Counted from the stretch's first letter, positions 36,299-45,704 are shown. The stretch: 64,000 bases of DNA from Candidatus Latescibacterota bacterium (GCA_965242865.1 CBDETK010000013.1:1984001-2048000), one strand, 5' to 3'. Numbers and translations are program-made. Notes: generated by a model not told the origin, from the sequence alone.

Positions 36299-36316
36299 TG
36301 ATTTAGGATTGCTATA
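36299..36316. repeat. isolated MITE-type terminal repeat abutting the R-M start codon
   Basis: TGATTTAGGATTGCTATA matches the ends of the element at 43957-44075. Confidence 0.6.
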
Positions 36317-39300
36317 TGGCGACAAGACAGGTCCTTAGAAGCCATCTCCGGGCGTATTACGACAGCTTGAAAACTACCTTTGCGACCAATCAGGCGACTG
36401 AGCACAGCTACCGCTCGGCCCTTGAGACCCTGGTTCAAGGGTTGGACAGCCAACAAGTTCGTGCTCTCAATGAGCCTAAGCGCATCGCTTGCGGTGCGCC
36501 CGATTTTATCGTTGAGCGGGGAGGGGTACCAATCGGCCATATCGAATGCAAGGATATCGGCGAACCCTTAGATCGCATCGAGAAAGACCCGCAACTGAAA
36601 CGCTACCGCGAGAGTCTGCCGAATCTGATCCTGACCGATCATTTAGAATTTCGCTGGTATGCAGAAGGGGAGTTGCGTCTAACAGCGCGGCTTGCACGCA
36701 TCGCCAGTCCAGATCGGATCGCCGTTGACGAGGCCGGAGCTTCCCAAGTTGCCGAATTGTTCACCGCGTTCTTTGCTGCTGACCTGCCATCCATCGGCAG
36801 ACCGCGTGAACTAGCCGAGCGCATGGCGGGCAAGGCGCGGCTACTCCGCGACAGCATTGAGCGCATCTTGGCGCAAGAAGCTGACAGCCCTCTGCACGAC
36901 TTGTTCGCCGGCTACCGCGAGGTGCTGATCGCCGACTTATCAGAACCCGACTTTGCCGACTTGCAGGCGCAGACAGCCGCTTACGGCCTGTTTGCAGCGC
37001 GGTGCCGACACGAACCTGTCAATGGACCTTTTACCCGACAGTCCGCCGCGTTTGCCGAGACCACGCCCTTTTTGCGAGATGTCTTTGGGCGGATTGCCGG
37101 GCCGGGGATGGACGAGCGGATCGCTTGGATCGTCGATGATCTGGCGTACCTGTTAGACCGAGCGGATATGGCGTCTATTCTGTCCGAGTTCGGCAAGAAG
37201 ACCCGGGGAGAAGACCCGGTAGTGCATTTCTACGAGGATTTCTTGGCGGCTTACGATCCGCACCTGCGTGAGATGCGTGGCGTGTACTATACGCCCGAAC
37301 CCGTGGTGTCTTATATCGTGCGGAGCGTGGACCACTTGTTGCGTACTCGGTTTGGCTTAGCCGATGGGCTGGCCGACACGGCGACGGTCGCGTCCCAAAA
37401 TGGGGGATCACCCCATCCACGAGTACTAATTCTCGACCCGGCGGCGGGCACGGGAACCTTCTTGCGCGAAGTGGTCTCCACCATCCGCAAGACCATTGAA
37501 GCGAAGGGATTAGGCGGTGCTTGGCCGAGCTACGTACATGAGCATCTTTTGCCGCGTCTGTTTGGGTTTGAGTTGCTGATGGCCCCTTATTCGATCTGCC
37601 ATCTGAAACTCGCGCTTGAAATTGGCGGGATAGACCGCGGCTTTGCCATGCCCGCCAGCGAGCGGCTCAATGTCTTCCTCACCAACGCCTTAGAAAAGGC
37701 GCACGAAGGGCCTATTCCCTCGCTATTCGTTCACGAAATAGCCCGCGAAGCGACCGGCGCGGATGAGATCAAGCGCGAGAAGCCAGTGATGGTGATCTTG
37801 GGCAACCCTCCCTATTCTGGACACTCGGCTAATAAAGGCGAGTGGATCAACAAATTGTTGAAAGGACGAGATGGAGAGCAAACAACAGGCAACTATTTTG
37901 AGGTGGACGGACAACCACTTGGCGAAAAAAATTCCAAGTGGCTAAACGACGACTATGTAAAATTCATCCGCTTTGCCCAATGGCGTATTGAGCGCACTGG
38001 CGAAGGCGTGCTGGGCTTCGTGACCAACCACAGCTATTTGGACAACCGGACCTTTCGCGGGATGCGCCGTAGCTTGATGAAAACCTTTGATGAGATCTAT
38101 TTGCTCGACCTGCACGGCAACGTGCGGCAAAGAGAGCATACCCCTGATGGCGGCAAAGATGAAAACGTGTTCGACATTCAGCAGGGCGTTTCTATTAGTC
38201 TATTTGTCAAATACAAAGATGTGGGTAGCGAGCCGTGTCGAATGTTTCATGCCGACTTGTGGGGAGAATGTGAGAACGGACCAGCCGGTAAATATGGCTG
38301 GCTCGTCGCCAACGGTGTCGATACCACCAAATGGAAAGAACTGTCGCCAAAATCGCCAGACTATATATTTGTGCCGCGAGACGAGGATCTGTTAGAAGAA
38401 TACAAAACAGGCTGGAAAGTCACGGACATTTTCCCAGACAATTCGACAGGTATTGTAAGCAAAAGAGATAAAATTGCTTTTCACTTTGAACAAAACGACT
38501 TGTACAAAGTGTTAAATGATTTCCACACTCTCGACGAGCATATTCTTAAAGAAAACTATAACTTCAGAGAAAGCAGAGATGGCAAGATAGGCTTTGTTAA
38601 GGAACATATTCAAAGTTATGGAATTAAGGATGAGTACGTAAAGCTTTGTCTATATAGGCCCTTTGATTATAGATGGACATACTACACGGATAAATCAAAA
38701 GGGTTTTTGGGATGGCCTGTGTATGAAGTCATGCGACATCTACTAGCCGGATCGAATCTTGGATTATGCATTGGCCGGGCCGGTCAAGTTACGGGTTCGG
38801 ACTTCTGGGATGTCGCGTTCGTCTCAAAATTTCCATCGGACTTTAATTTATTTCGGCGTGGTGGAAATTGTCTCTTTCCGCTCTATATATATCCAGCCGA
38901 AAAAGAAAAGAAATTCGGCAGTACCCGAACTCCAAACCTCAATCCCAAGTTTATCGAGGCAGTTGAAAAAGCCACTGACCTCAACTTCATCCCCGACGGC
39001 CCCGGCGACCTCAAAACTACCTTCGGCCCAGAGAATGTCTTCCACTACCTCTACGCCGTGCTCCACAGCCCAGAATACCGCCGCCGCTACGCCGACTTTC
39101 TCAAGTCAGATTTTCCCCGCATTCCCGTGACCAACTGCGCGGCACTGTTTGAGTCGCTCGCCGCGCTTGGGAAGCGGCTGACGGCCCTGCACTTAATGGA
39201 GCTCGATGAGGGCGAGGCCCCCGTCTTTCCGGTCGCTGGCGACAATCGAGTAGAAAAGGTGAGCTACGCGCCGTCACAGAAGCGGGTGTGGATCAACGGC

Positions 39301-39603
39301 AAGCAGTATTTTGACGGCATCGCGCAGCAGACTTGGGAATTCACCATTGGTGGCTACCAGCCGGCCGAGAAGTGGCTCAAGAACCGCAAAAATCGCACCC
39401 TCTCATACGACGACATTGGCCATTACTGCCGCCTCTGCGCGGCCTTGGCCGAGACGCCGCGCATCATGGCCAAAATTGACAAAACAATCGACGCCTATGG
39501 CGGTTGGCCGCTAGTTCAGGACGATTACCTGCGTGGCCTCTATCAGACGTTGAGCGAAGAATGGACCTCTCCAGAAGATGAGGAGGCTTGGTGTGCCCTT
39601 TGA
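36316..39603 (+). CDS. single-chain Type IIG/ISP-like restriction-modification enzyme (nuclease, m6A MTase, TRD) with an extra antitoxin-like C-terminal tail
   Basis: N-terminal APDF...IECK (PD-ExK), GVYYTP, ILDPAAGTGTF, GNPPY, YRPFD, FPRIP, GGWP; no helicase motifs. Confidence 0.9.
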   Translation: MATRQVLRSHLRAYYDSLKTTFATNQATEHSYRSALETLVQGLDSQQVRALNEPKRIACGAPDFIVERGGVPIGHIECKDIGEPLDRIEKDPQLKRYRESLPNLILTDHLEFRWYAEGELRLTARLARIASPDRIAVDEAGASQVAELFTAFFAADLPSIGRPRELAERMAGKARLLRDSIERILAQEADSPLHDLFAGYREVLIADLSEPDFADLQAQTAAYGLFAARCRHEPVNGPFTRQSAAFAETTPFLRDVFGRIAGPGMDERIAWIVDDLAYLLDRADMASILSEFGKKTRGEDPVVHFYEDFLAAYDPHLREMRGVYYTPEPVVSYIVRSVDHLLRTRFGLADGLADTATVASQNGGSPHPRVLILDPAAGTGTFLREVVSTIRKTIEAKGLGGAWPSYVHEHLLPRLFGFELLMAPYSICHLKLALEIGGIDRGFAMPASERLNVFLTNALEKAHEGPIPSLFVHEIAREATGADEIKREKPVMVILGNPPYSGHSANKGEWINKLLKGRDGEQTTGNYFEVDGQPLGEKNSKWLNDDYVKFIRFAQWRIERTGEGVLGFVTNHSYLDNRTFRGMRRSLMKTFDEIYLLDLHGNVRQREHTPDGGKDENVFDIQQGVSISLFVKYKDVGSEPCRMFHADLWGECENGPAGKYGWLVANGVDTTKWKELSPKSPDYIFVPRDEDLLEEYKTGWKVTDIFPDNSTGIVSKRDKIAFHFEQNDLYKVLNDFHTLDEHILKENYNFRESRDGKIGFVKEHIQSYGIKDEYVKLCLYRPFDYRWTYYTDKSKGFLGWPVYEVMRHLLAGSNLGLCIGRAGQVTGSDFWDVAFVSKFPSDFNLFRRGGNCLFPLYIYPAEKEKKFGSTRTPNLNPKFIEAVEKATDLNFIPDGPGDLKTTFGPENVFHYLYAVLHSPEYRRRYADFLKSDFPRIPVTNCAALFESLAALGKRLTALHLMELDEGEAPVFPVAGDNRVEKVSYAPSQKRVWINGKQYFDGIAQQTWEFTIGGYQPAEKWLKNRKNRTLSYDDIGHYCRLCAALAETPRIMAKIDKTIDAYGGWPLVQDDYLRGLYQTLSEEWTSPEDEEAWCAL

Positions 39604-39925
39604 TCCGTTCGATGTCGTCGTCGTTCCCTTCCCCTTCGCAGACCTCAGTAAAAAGAAATGCCGCCCAGCACTAGTCGTCTCTTCAGTGAGCTTCAATCAG
39701 GTCCACGCGCAAACAATCCTCGCCATGATTACGAGCACGAAAAACAGATGGCCAAGCGATATAGTCATTGAGGATTGGCGGGAAGCCGGCCTCAATGTAC
39801 CTTGCAAAATCCGCCTCAAGCTCTTCACGCTCGATAATAAATCGGTGATATGCAAAATCGGCAGGCTGTCGAAACGGGACGAGAAATCCATCGTAGCTAC
39901 TCTCGCCGCTTCACTGACGAAGTAG
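39593..39925 (+). CDS. PemK/MazF-family endoribonuclease toxin
   Basis: FDVVVVPFPFAD...KCRPALVVS...LAMITS...AGL..PCKIR; GAGGAGG RBS 6 nt before GTG 39593. Confidence 0.9.
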   Translation: MPFDPFDVVVVPFPFADLSKKKCRPALVVSSVSFNQVHAQTILAMITSTKNRWPSDIVIEDWREAGLNVPCKIRLKLFTLDNKSVICKIGRLSKRDEKSIVATLAASLTK

Positions 39926-39930
39926 CTCCT

Positions 39931-39949
39931 CAGCAAGGAAAACGCCATG
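39931..39949 (+). repeat. 19-bp direct repeat, copy 1 (duplicate of the pepF RBS and ATG)
   Basis: CAGCAAGGAAAACGCCATG is identical to 42113-42131. Confidence 0.85.
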
Positions 39950-39959
39950 GCTGCACTGA

Positions 39960-40310
39960 TTCAAATCCCTTTTTTCTCGTAAGAAATGGAGTAATTCCAG
40001 TCTAGGGCTTGATGGAGAAGGTCTCCAAAGACGTTTTGACCTTACAGACGCCATTATTGATGTAAGTACCCTGATATTGTTTGGCAGTTTGTCAACTAAT
40101 GACTTCTTGCCAGAAGAAGTCGAAGATAAATGTATTATTGGTTCAATGCTCGGCGACAGGCCAAAATTGGAAAAATACATTAAAGAACGATATATTTGGG
40201 TCAGTCGAATTACTGGAGGAGCAACGTCCAATAGGATGGGGTATCTAGCTCAAAATTATGTCAAGGAGCGCTTGATCCAATATCTCCCAAGTTGGAATTT
40301 TTCACAGACT
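39960..40310 (+). pseudogene. internal fragment of a probable Type II restriction endonuclease, in frame with the downstream MTase
   Basis: Startless frame FKSLFSRKKWSN...KCIIGSMLG...YIKERYIWVSRITGGATSNRMGYLAQNYV; the REase assignment is recalled resemblance and unverified. Confidence 0.4.
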
Positions 40311-42071
40311 ATGAAAATGGCCCATAGAAGTGAAAACTGCAAATCTCTAGACATCTCAACAAGGACATTTGCAGATTTGCAAAAATTGTCGTCAAAGTCA
40401 TTGCGTCCAGATGTATGGCTTTTCCATTTGACGACAGAAATTGGTTTCGACGATGAAATTCCTATAGAAACCCTTAATCAGGGATTCGCCGATTTCCTTA
40501 AAAAATTGCCTGAAGAAAGTACAATTTGTTTTTTAGCAAATCCTCGTATAGCTTGCTATGTGGTAGAAGAATTTCAGAACCGCGTCAACTTCAAACTTTG
40601 GATTGCTGTCAAGCGCAAAAAAAATATACTACGATTGAATGCTTTGCCAGATAGCCATATTGCTCTTTTAGTTTTTACCCGTTGCAAAGGTTCTTTAAGA
40701 CACAATAAGACTCAAATAGAATATACGTACTGTCCTGCTTGTAAGAAAACAACAAAGGACTACGGAGGCAAGAAGCATATTTATAGCCCTTATGGGACGC
40801 TTATGTCTGATATTTGGCGAGACATTTCTTATGATAATGACGCAAAACCAAGAGCTATTCTGAACAGACTGAAGGATCTCTTTGGACATGAACCTTATCG
40901 CGAACTGATTTACTGCGATGTTAGGAACTTTCTTACGTGTTCCAACAAGAGAAAATTCCACTCTGCAAACGGAATAATCAATAACCCCGGCGAGAGTCGT
41001 TTACTCAATGGAGATTGTTTAGATGTCCTCAAGAACATTCCTGAAAATTCCGTAGATTTTATTTTTGCTGATCCTCCATATAATATAAAAAAGAAATACG
41101 ATAACTGGAATGATGCCCAAGACATTAGTAATTACTTCTCATGGTGCGACCAATGGATAGCTGAATCAGCTAGAATTTTGAAACCCGGTCGGACTTTTGC
41201 AATTATAAATATTCCTCTCTGGATCGTCAGACACTTTTCGTTCGCACAAAGCATTTTGGATTACCAAGATTGGATAGTTTGGGAGGGCTTGAGCTTGCCC
41301 GTCAGAAAAATTATGCCGGCCCATTACGGAATAATTTGTTTTAGTAAAGGCCATCCAATCGAAATTGCCAATCATCAAAAGAAAGCCCGTAGAGAAACCC
41401 CCCAAGACTTTATGAGCCTCAAACCATGGTATTGTGTTAGGGCTTCTTGTATTAAAAAAAGAAATGCAGCCAAAATTACCGACCGACAGCCGATTGGAAA
41501 TTTATGGTGGGACATTCACAGACTAAAGCACAATTCAAAAAGAGTTGATCATCCATGTCAACTACCCCCATCACTAATGAAGCGACTTATCTACACCTTT
41601 ACCAAAGAAGGAGATCTTGTTTTAGATCCTTTTAACGGCGCGGGTACAACGACCTTAACATCAAAGATGCTTGGCAGAAAATTCATTGGAATTGAATTGT
41701 CGGCTAAATATCATGCAATTGCCGAACAGAGACATTTAGAGCTGCAAAAAGGGAGAGACCCGTTTGCAAAAAATGGCACTACTCCAAAAGCAAAGAATAG
41801 TCGAGTTGCAAGACTACAAAAACAGAAGTATGAAGTGCCAAAAAAAACACTCCAGATCGAAGTCAAGGAGATTGCTATCAAACTGGGACGCCGGCCCGAT
41901 AGAGAAGATATTATTAGACTCAGCAAATACCCAATTCGTTATTTTGACGAATACTTCATCGACTGGGGAGAAGTGTGTAGTGCCGTTGGCGACAAAGGAA
42001 TGACTGAAAATTTCTCTCAATCCATTAGCACTCGACCCGACGATCAACAAATGGAACTCTCTTTTGGATAG
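40311..42071 (+). CDS. beta-class DNA methyltransferase (N4-C/N6-A) with an N-terminal degenerate MTase-like region and a C-terminal extension
   Basis: GDCLDVL...FADPPYN, HPCQLP, VLDPFNGAGTT, GIELS; tail KLGRRP...YF...WGEVCSAVG resembles a homing-endonuclease-associated repeat; start uncertain (40077 TTG or 40311 ATG). Confidence 0.85.
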   Translation: MKMAHRSENCKSLDISTRTFADLQKLSSKSLRPDVWLFHLTTEIGFDDEIPIETLNQGFADFLKKLPEESTICFLANPRIACYVVEEFQNRVNFKLWIAVKRKKNILRLNALPDSHIALLVFTRCKGSLRHNKTQIEYTYCPACKKTTKDYGGKKHIYSPYGTLMSDIWRDISYDNDAKPRAILNRLKDLFGHEPYRELIYCDVRNFLTCSNKRKFHSANGIINNPGESRLLNGDCLDVLKNIPENSVDFIFADPPYNIKKKYDNWNDAQDISNYFSWCDQWIAESARILKPGRTFAIINIPLWIVRHFSFAQSILDYQDWIVWEGLSLPVRKIMPAHYGIICFSKGHPIEIANHQKKARRETPQDFMSLKPWYCVRASCIKKRNAAKITDRQPIGNLWWDIHRLKHNSKRVDHPCQLPPSLMKRLIYTFTKEGDLVLDPFNGAGTTTLTSKMLGRKFIGIELSAKYHAIAEQRHLELQKGRDPFAKNGTTPKAKNSRVARLQKQKYEVPKKTLQIEVKEIAIKLGRRPDREDIIRLSKYPIRYFDEYFIDWGEVCSAVGDKGMTENFSQSISTRPDDQQMELSFG

Positions 42072-42112
42072 AATTTGCCTTTGTGCCAGAGGGGACTGTT
42101 CTTTTAGCCACA

Positions 42113-42131
42113 CAGCAAGGAAAACGCCATG
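42113..42131 (+). repeat. 19-bp direct repeat, copy 2 (native pepF RBS and ATG)
   Basis: Identical to 39931-39949. Confidence 0.85.
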
Positions 42132-43952
42132 ACCGCTACCTCACCCGCTATGGACTGGGACCTGACGAGCTATTTCGCTGAATTTGACGGCCCGGCCATG
42201 CGGCAATTCAAAGAAGCCCTGCAAAGGGATATGGCGGCGGCACGCCAGCAAGCCGCTGCCCTAGCCCCGCTTGCCGCGGACAATGCCGACGCTTGGGAAG
42301 CCATATTCCTCTTGGCGGAGGGCCTGATCGACCGCCTCTCCCATCTAGGTTCCTACCTCGGCTGTCTCACGGCAGCGGACGCCCGCAATGAGGACTACGC
42401 CCGCGAGGAAGCCGCCTTTGCCCTGCTGGCGGCCGAGAGCGAAAAACTCGATGTCGAACTCTTGCGGGCACTCAAGGACGCGGCGGACGAAACTTTTGCC
42501 GAGTTCGCCCAACGGCCCGCCTTGGCCGACTGCCGCCACTTCCTCGGCCGCCAGCGCGAAGACGCGCAACGCACCATGAGCCCGGAGCAGGAGATGCTCT
42601 CGGCCGACCTCGGGGTTGACGGTCTCCACGCTTGGGGCCGCCTCTACGACTCAATCGCCGGCAAGCTCGAATTCGACATCGCATTTCCCGATGGCCGCAC
42701 CGAACGACGCCCTATGGCGCAACGCCGCGCCCTGATGGAAGACCCAGACCGCCGGGTCCGCCAAGCGGCCTTTGACGGGGGCAATCGGGCTTGGGCAAGC
42801 ATGGAAGACGTAGCCTGCGCCGCGCTCAACGCCATCTCGGGGACGCGGCTGACCCTCAATCAGCACCGCGGCGTCAACCACTTTCTCGATGTCGCCCTCT
42901 TCGCGGCCTCAATTTCGCCCCAGACCCTCGACGCGATGTTCGCGGCTATCGCCGATCAAATCGAGCTGCCCCGGCGCATCCTCGCCCTCAAGGCGCGATT
43001 GATGGGCACCGAGGGCGTGGCCTGGTACGATCTGGGTGCCCCGCTGCCGCTGCCCGATCAAGGGCCGATCTCTTGGGAAGAGGGCACAGCCCTGGTCGCC
43101 CGCTCCTTTGCGACCGCTTACCCGCGCTTGGGGGAATTTCTCGGCCAAGTCTGCGACCGCAAATGGATTGAGTACGCGCCCCGCCCGGGCAAACGGCCCG
43201 GGGCCTTTTGCACCGGCTCGCTGTTGACCCGCGAGTCCCGCATCTATATGACCTACAACGACACCCTCGGCGATGTGCTCACGCTCGCCCACGAGGTCGG
43301 GCACGCCTTCCACAGCTACATCATGCGCGATGTGCGTACTTACGCCCACTCCTACCCGATGACGCTGGCCGAATCGGCCTCGACCTTCGGGGAGATGATC
43401 CTCACCGAGGGCATCCTCGCCGACCCCTCCTTCAGCCCGGCCCAAAAGGCCAGCGCACTCCATCAAGAGATGGGCCACGGCGCGATCTTCCTGCTGGACA
43501 TCCCCGTGCGCTACCAGTTCGAGAAAAAGCTCTACGAAGAGCGCGCCAACGGCGAACTCACCGTCAGCCGCCTCAAGGAACTCATGGTCGAAACCCAGCG
43601 CGGAGTCTTCGGCGACGCGCTCGCACCGGGGGGCGAAGACCCTTACTTCTGGGCCTCAAAGCTCCACTTCTACATCACCGGCGTGACCTTCTACAATTTC
43701 CCGTACACCTTTGGCTTCCTGCTCAGCCGCGGCCTGTATTCAATGTTTAAGCAAGAGGGGAGCGACTTTCTGCCGCGCTACGAGCAATTCCTCCGTCTCA
43801 CCGGCAGCGACACCGCCGAGGGCGTGGCCCGCCGGGCCTTGGGCCGCGACCTCGAAGACCCCCAGTTCTGGACCGAGGCCATCCAGACTTTGGAAGCTCC
43901 ACTGGCCGAGCTGGAGAAACTGTTACCCGAGGTTTTACCTGAGCATTCTTAG
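42129..43952 (+). CDS. pepF: M3B oligoendopeptidase F
   Basis: WDL, GKRPGAFC, TLAHEVGHAFH (HExxH), TLAESAS, FYNFPYTFG. Confidence 0.9.
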   Translation: MTATSPAMDWDLTSYFAEFDGPAMRQFKEALQRDMAAARQQAAALAPLAADNADAWEAIFLLAEGLIDRLSHLGSYLGCLTAADARNEDYAREEAAFALLAAESEKLDVELLRALKDAADETFAEFAQRPALADCRHFLGRQREDAQRTMSPEQEMLSADLGVDGLHAWGRLYDSIAGKLEFDIAFPDGRTERRPMAQRRALMEDPDRRVRQAAFDGGNRAWASMEDVACAALNAISGTRLTLNQHRGVNHFLDVALFAASISPQTLDAMFAAIADQIELPRRILALKARLMGTEGVAWYDLGAPLPLPDQGPISWEEGTALVARSFATAYPRLGEFLGQVCDRKWIEYAPRPGKRPGAFCTGSLLTRESRIYMTYNDTLGDVLTLAHEVGHAFHSYIMRDVRTYAHSYPMTLAESASTFGEMILTEGILADPSFSPAQKASALHQEMGHGAIFLLDIPVRYQFEKKLYEERANGELTVSRLKELMVETQRGVFGDALAPGGEDPYFWASKLHFYITGVTFYNFPYTFGFLLSRGLYSMFKQEGSDFLPRYEQFLRLTGSDTAEGVARRALGRDLEDPQFWTEAIQTLEAPLAELEKLLPEVLPEHS

Positions 43953-43956
43953 CTGA

Positions 43957-44075
43957 TATAGCAATCCTATATCATTCAAGACTGGATTCCCGCTTTCGCG
44001 GGAATGACTTCTCGTAGGCAGAAAAGACGATGCCGATCAACATTCCATGCTTTCGAATCATTTAGGACGGCTATA
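43957..44075. mobile_element. MITE-like element containing a dRS3/REP-like palindrome
   Basis: Imperfect TIRs TATAGCAATCCTATATCA / TCATTTAGGACGGCTATA; internal ATTCCC-N8-GGGAAT (43986-44005); partial copies at 60608-60683 and 36299-36316. Confidence 0.7.
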
Positions 44076-44095
44076 ATACAACCGCAAGGACTCCC

Positions 44096-44851
44096 ATGTT
44101 GCGCGTACTCCTAGTCTTCTTCTTGTGCATCGGCCCGGCCCACGCCGCCGACAACCCCCCCGCTCCCGGCTTCAATGCGGCCGATTCCGACCCCAAAGCC
44201 ATCGCCCTAGCCGACGAAGTTATGGCCGCGCTGGGGGGGCGCGCCAACTGGGACGCCACTCGCTACATCACTTGGCGCTTTTTCGGTTTCCGCTTACACG
44301 TGTGGGACAAGTGGACGGGGGATATCCGCTTTGAGGAAGGCGATCTGACGGTGCTGATGAACATTCACAGCAAACAGGGCCGCGCCTTTGCCAGCGGTGC
44401 GGCAATCAGCGACCCCGACACCCTCGCGACCAAACTCGACCACGCCTACCGCGCTTGGATCAACGACTCGTACTGGCTGGTCATGCCCTACAAGCTCAAG
44501 GACACCGGTGTCACCCTGCGCTATCGGGGCCTTGAAGCCACCCAAGACGGCCGCCCGGCCCAAGTGCTGGAACTCACGTTCAAAGACGTCGGCGTCACCC
44601 CGCAGAACAAATACGCGGTCTGGATCGACCGAGAATCGCGGCTGGTTACTCAATGGGCTTTCTACCGCGACGCGGCCGACGCCGAACCGCGCTTTACCGG
44701 CCCGTGGACGAACTGGCAACGCCACGGAGCCATTTTGCTCTCCGACGGGCGCGGCGAGCGCGAGCACACGGATGTGGGGGTCTTCGACGAATTGCCGCGC
44801 TCGGTCTTTACGAGTCCAGAACCTGTCGCTTGCCCTTGTTCAAGTAGGTAG
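44096..44851 (+). CDS. secreted protein of unknown function
   Basis: Signal peptide AHA|A; ALGGRANW, WINDSYWLVMPYKL.D.GV and GVTP motifs; AAGGA RBS. Confidence 0.7.
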   Translation: MLRVLLVFFLCIGPAHAADNPPAPGFNAADSDPKAIALADEVMAALGGRANWDATRYITWRFFGFRLHVWDKWTGDIRFEEGDLTVLMNIHSKQGRAFASGAAISDPDTLATKLDHAYRAWINDSYWLVMPYKLKDTGVTLRYRGLEATQDGRPAQVLELTFKDVGVTPQNKYAVWIDRESRLVTQWAFYRDAADAEPRFTGPWTNWQRHGAILLSDGRGEREHTDVGVFDELPRSVFTSPEPVACPCSSR

Positions 44852-44858
44852 TGCTCGC

Positions 44859-45704
44859 TCAGTTGCGCGAAAACTCGACCAACTGCCCTCCGCACTCGTC
44901 TCTCATTTTTTGCAACGCCCGGTTCCGCAACTGCCGGACGCGCTCGCGGGTGACGCCCATGGACTCGCCGATTTCTTCCAAGGTCTTGGGCGCACCGTCG
45001 TTGAGGCCAAAGTAAGCGCGGACGATGTGGGACTCGCGGGCATCGAGCACCTTTAGACAATCGGCTACAGCCGCGCGCATTTCCCCATCGATGAAGCGAT
45101 CGTGCGAGCTGGGCTCGGCCGAGACAAACGTCTGGGCAAACGTCACCTCGCCATCGGCAAAAGCAGGGGCGTCCAAGGGCAGGTCCGGCTGCCCCATCTC
45201 AAAGGCGTTGCGGATGCGCTCGGCCGAGAAATCGATGGCGGCGGCGATCTCCTCCGCCGTCGGGGCGCGCCCCAACTGCTGAGAGAGGACCGCGGCCTCC
45301 TTTTCGACCTTCTGCCGGTCGCTGACCCGGCTCAGGGGCGGGCGGGCAATTTTGCCGTGTTCGGCCAAGGCCCGGAGAATCGCTTGGCGAATCCACCACA
45401 CCGCATAGGTGATGAACTTAAAGCCGCGCGTCTCGTCAAACCGCTGGACCGCTTCGAGCAACCCGAGGTTGCCCTCGGAAATCAGCTCGATTAGGGAGAG
45501 ACCGCAGTCGTGGTACTCGCGGGCGACGCGCACCACAAAGCGCAGATTGGCCTGCACCAACGCCTGACGCGCCTTTTCGTCTCCTGCCTTGGCGCGCTTA
45601 AAAAGGGCTATCTCTTCCTCGCGGCTGAGCGGCTCGGAGTCTTTTATATCGCGCCAGTAGAGGTCGGTGGCCGAGTACATGGTCTCTTTTTTGAGGGCGT
45701 CCAT
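44859..45704 (-). CDS. sigma-70 family RNA polymerase sigma factor (regions 1.2-4, lacking 1.1)
   Basis: LSREEE, ANLRFVV, EGNLGL, FDETRGFKFITYAVWWIRQAI, TLEEIG...VTRERVRQ. Confidence 0.9.
   Translation of the reverse strand: MDALKKETMYSATDLYWRDIKDSEPLSREEEIALFKRAKAGDEKARQALVQANLRFVVRVAREYHDCGLSLIELISEGNLGLLEAVQRFDETRGFKFITYAVWWIRQAILRALAEHGKIARPPLSRVSDRQKVEKEAAVLSQQLGRAPTAEEIAAAIDFSAERIRNAFEMGQPDLPLDAPAFADGEVTFAQTFVSAEPSSHDRFIDGEMRAAVADCLKVLDARESHIVRAYFGLNDGAPKTLEEIGESMGVTRERVRQLRNRALQKMRDECGGQLVEFSRN

Noticed and set aside
36316-39603. Complete Type ISP enzyme
   Set aside because: No SF2 helicase/ATPase motifs; only nuclease, MTase and TRD regions are present.
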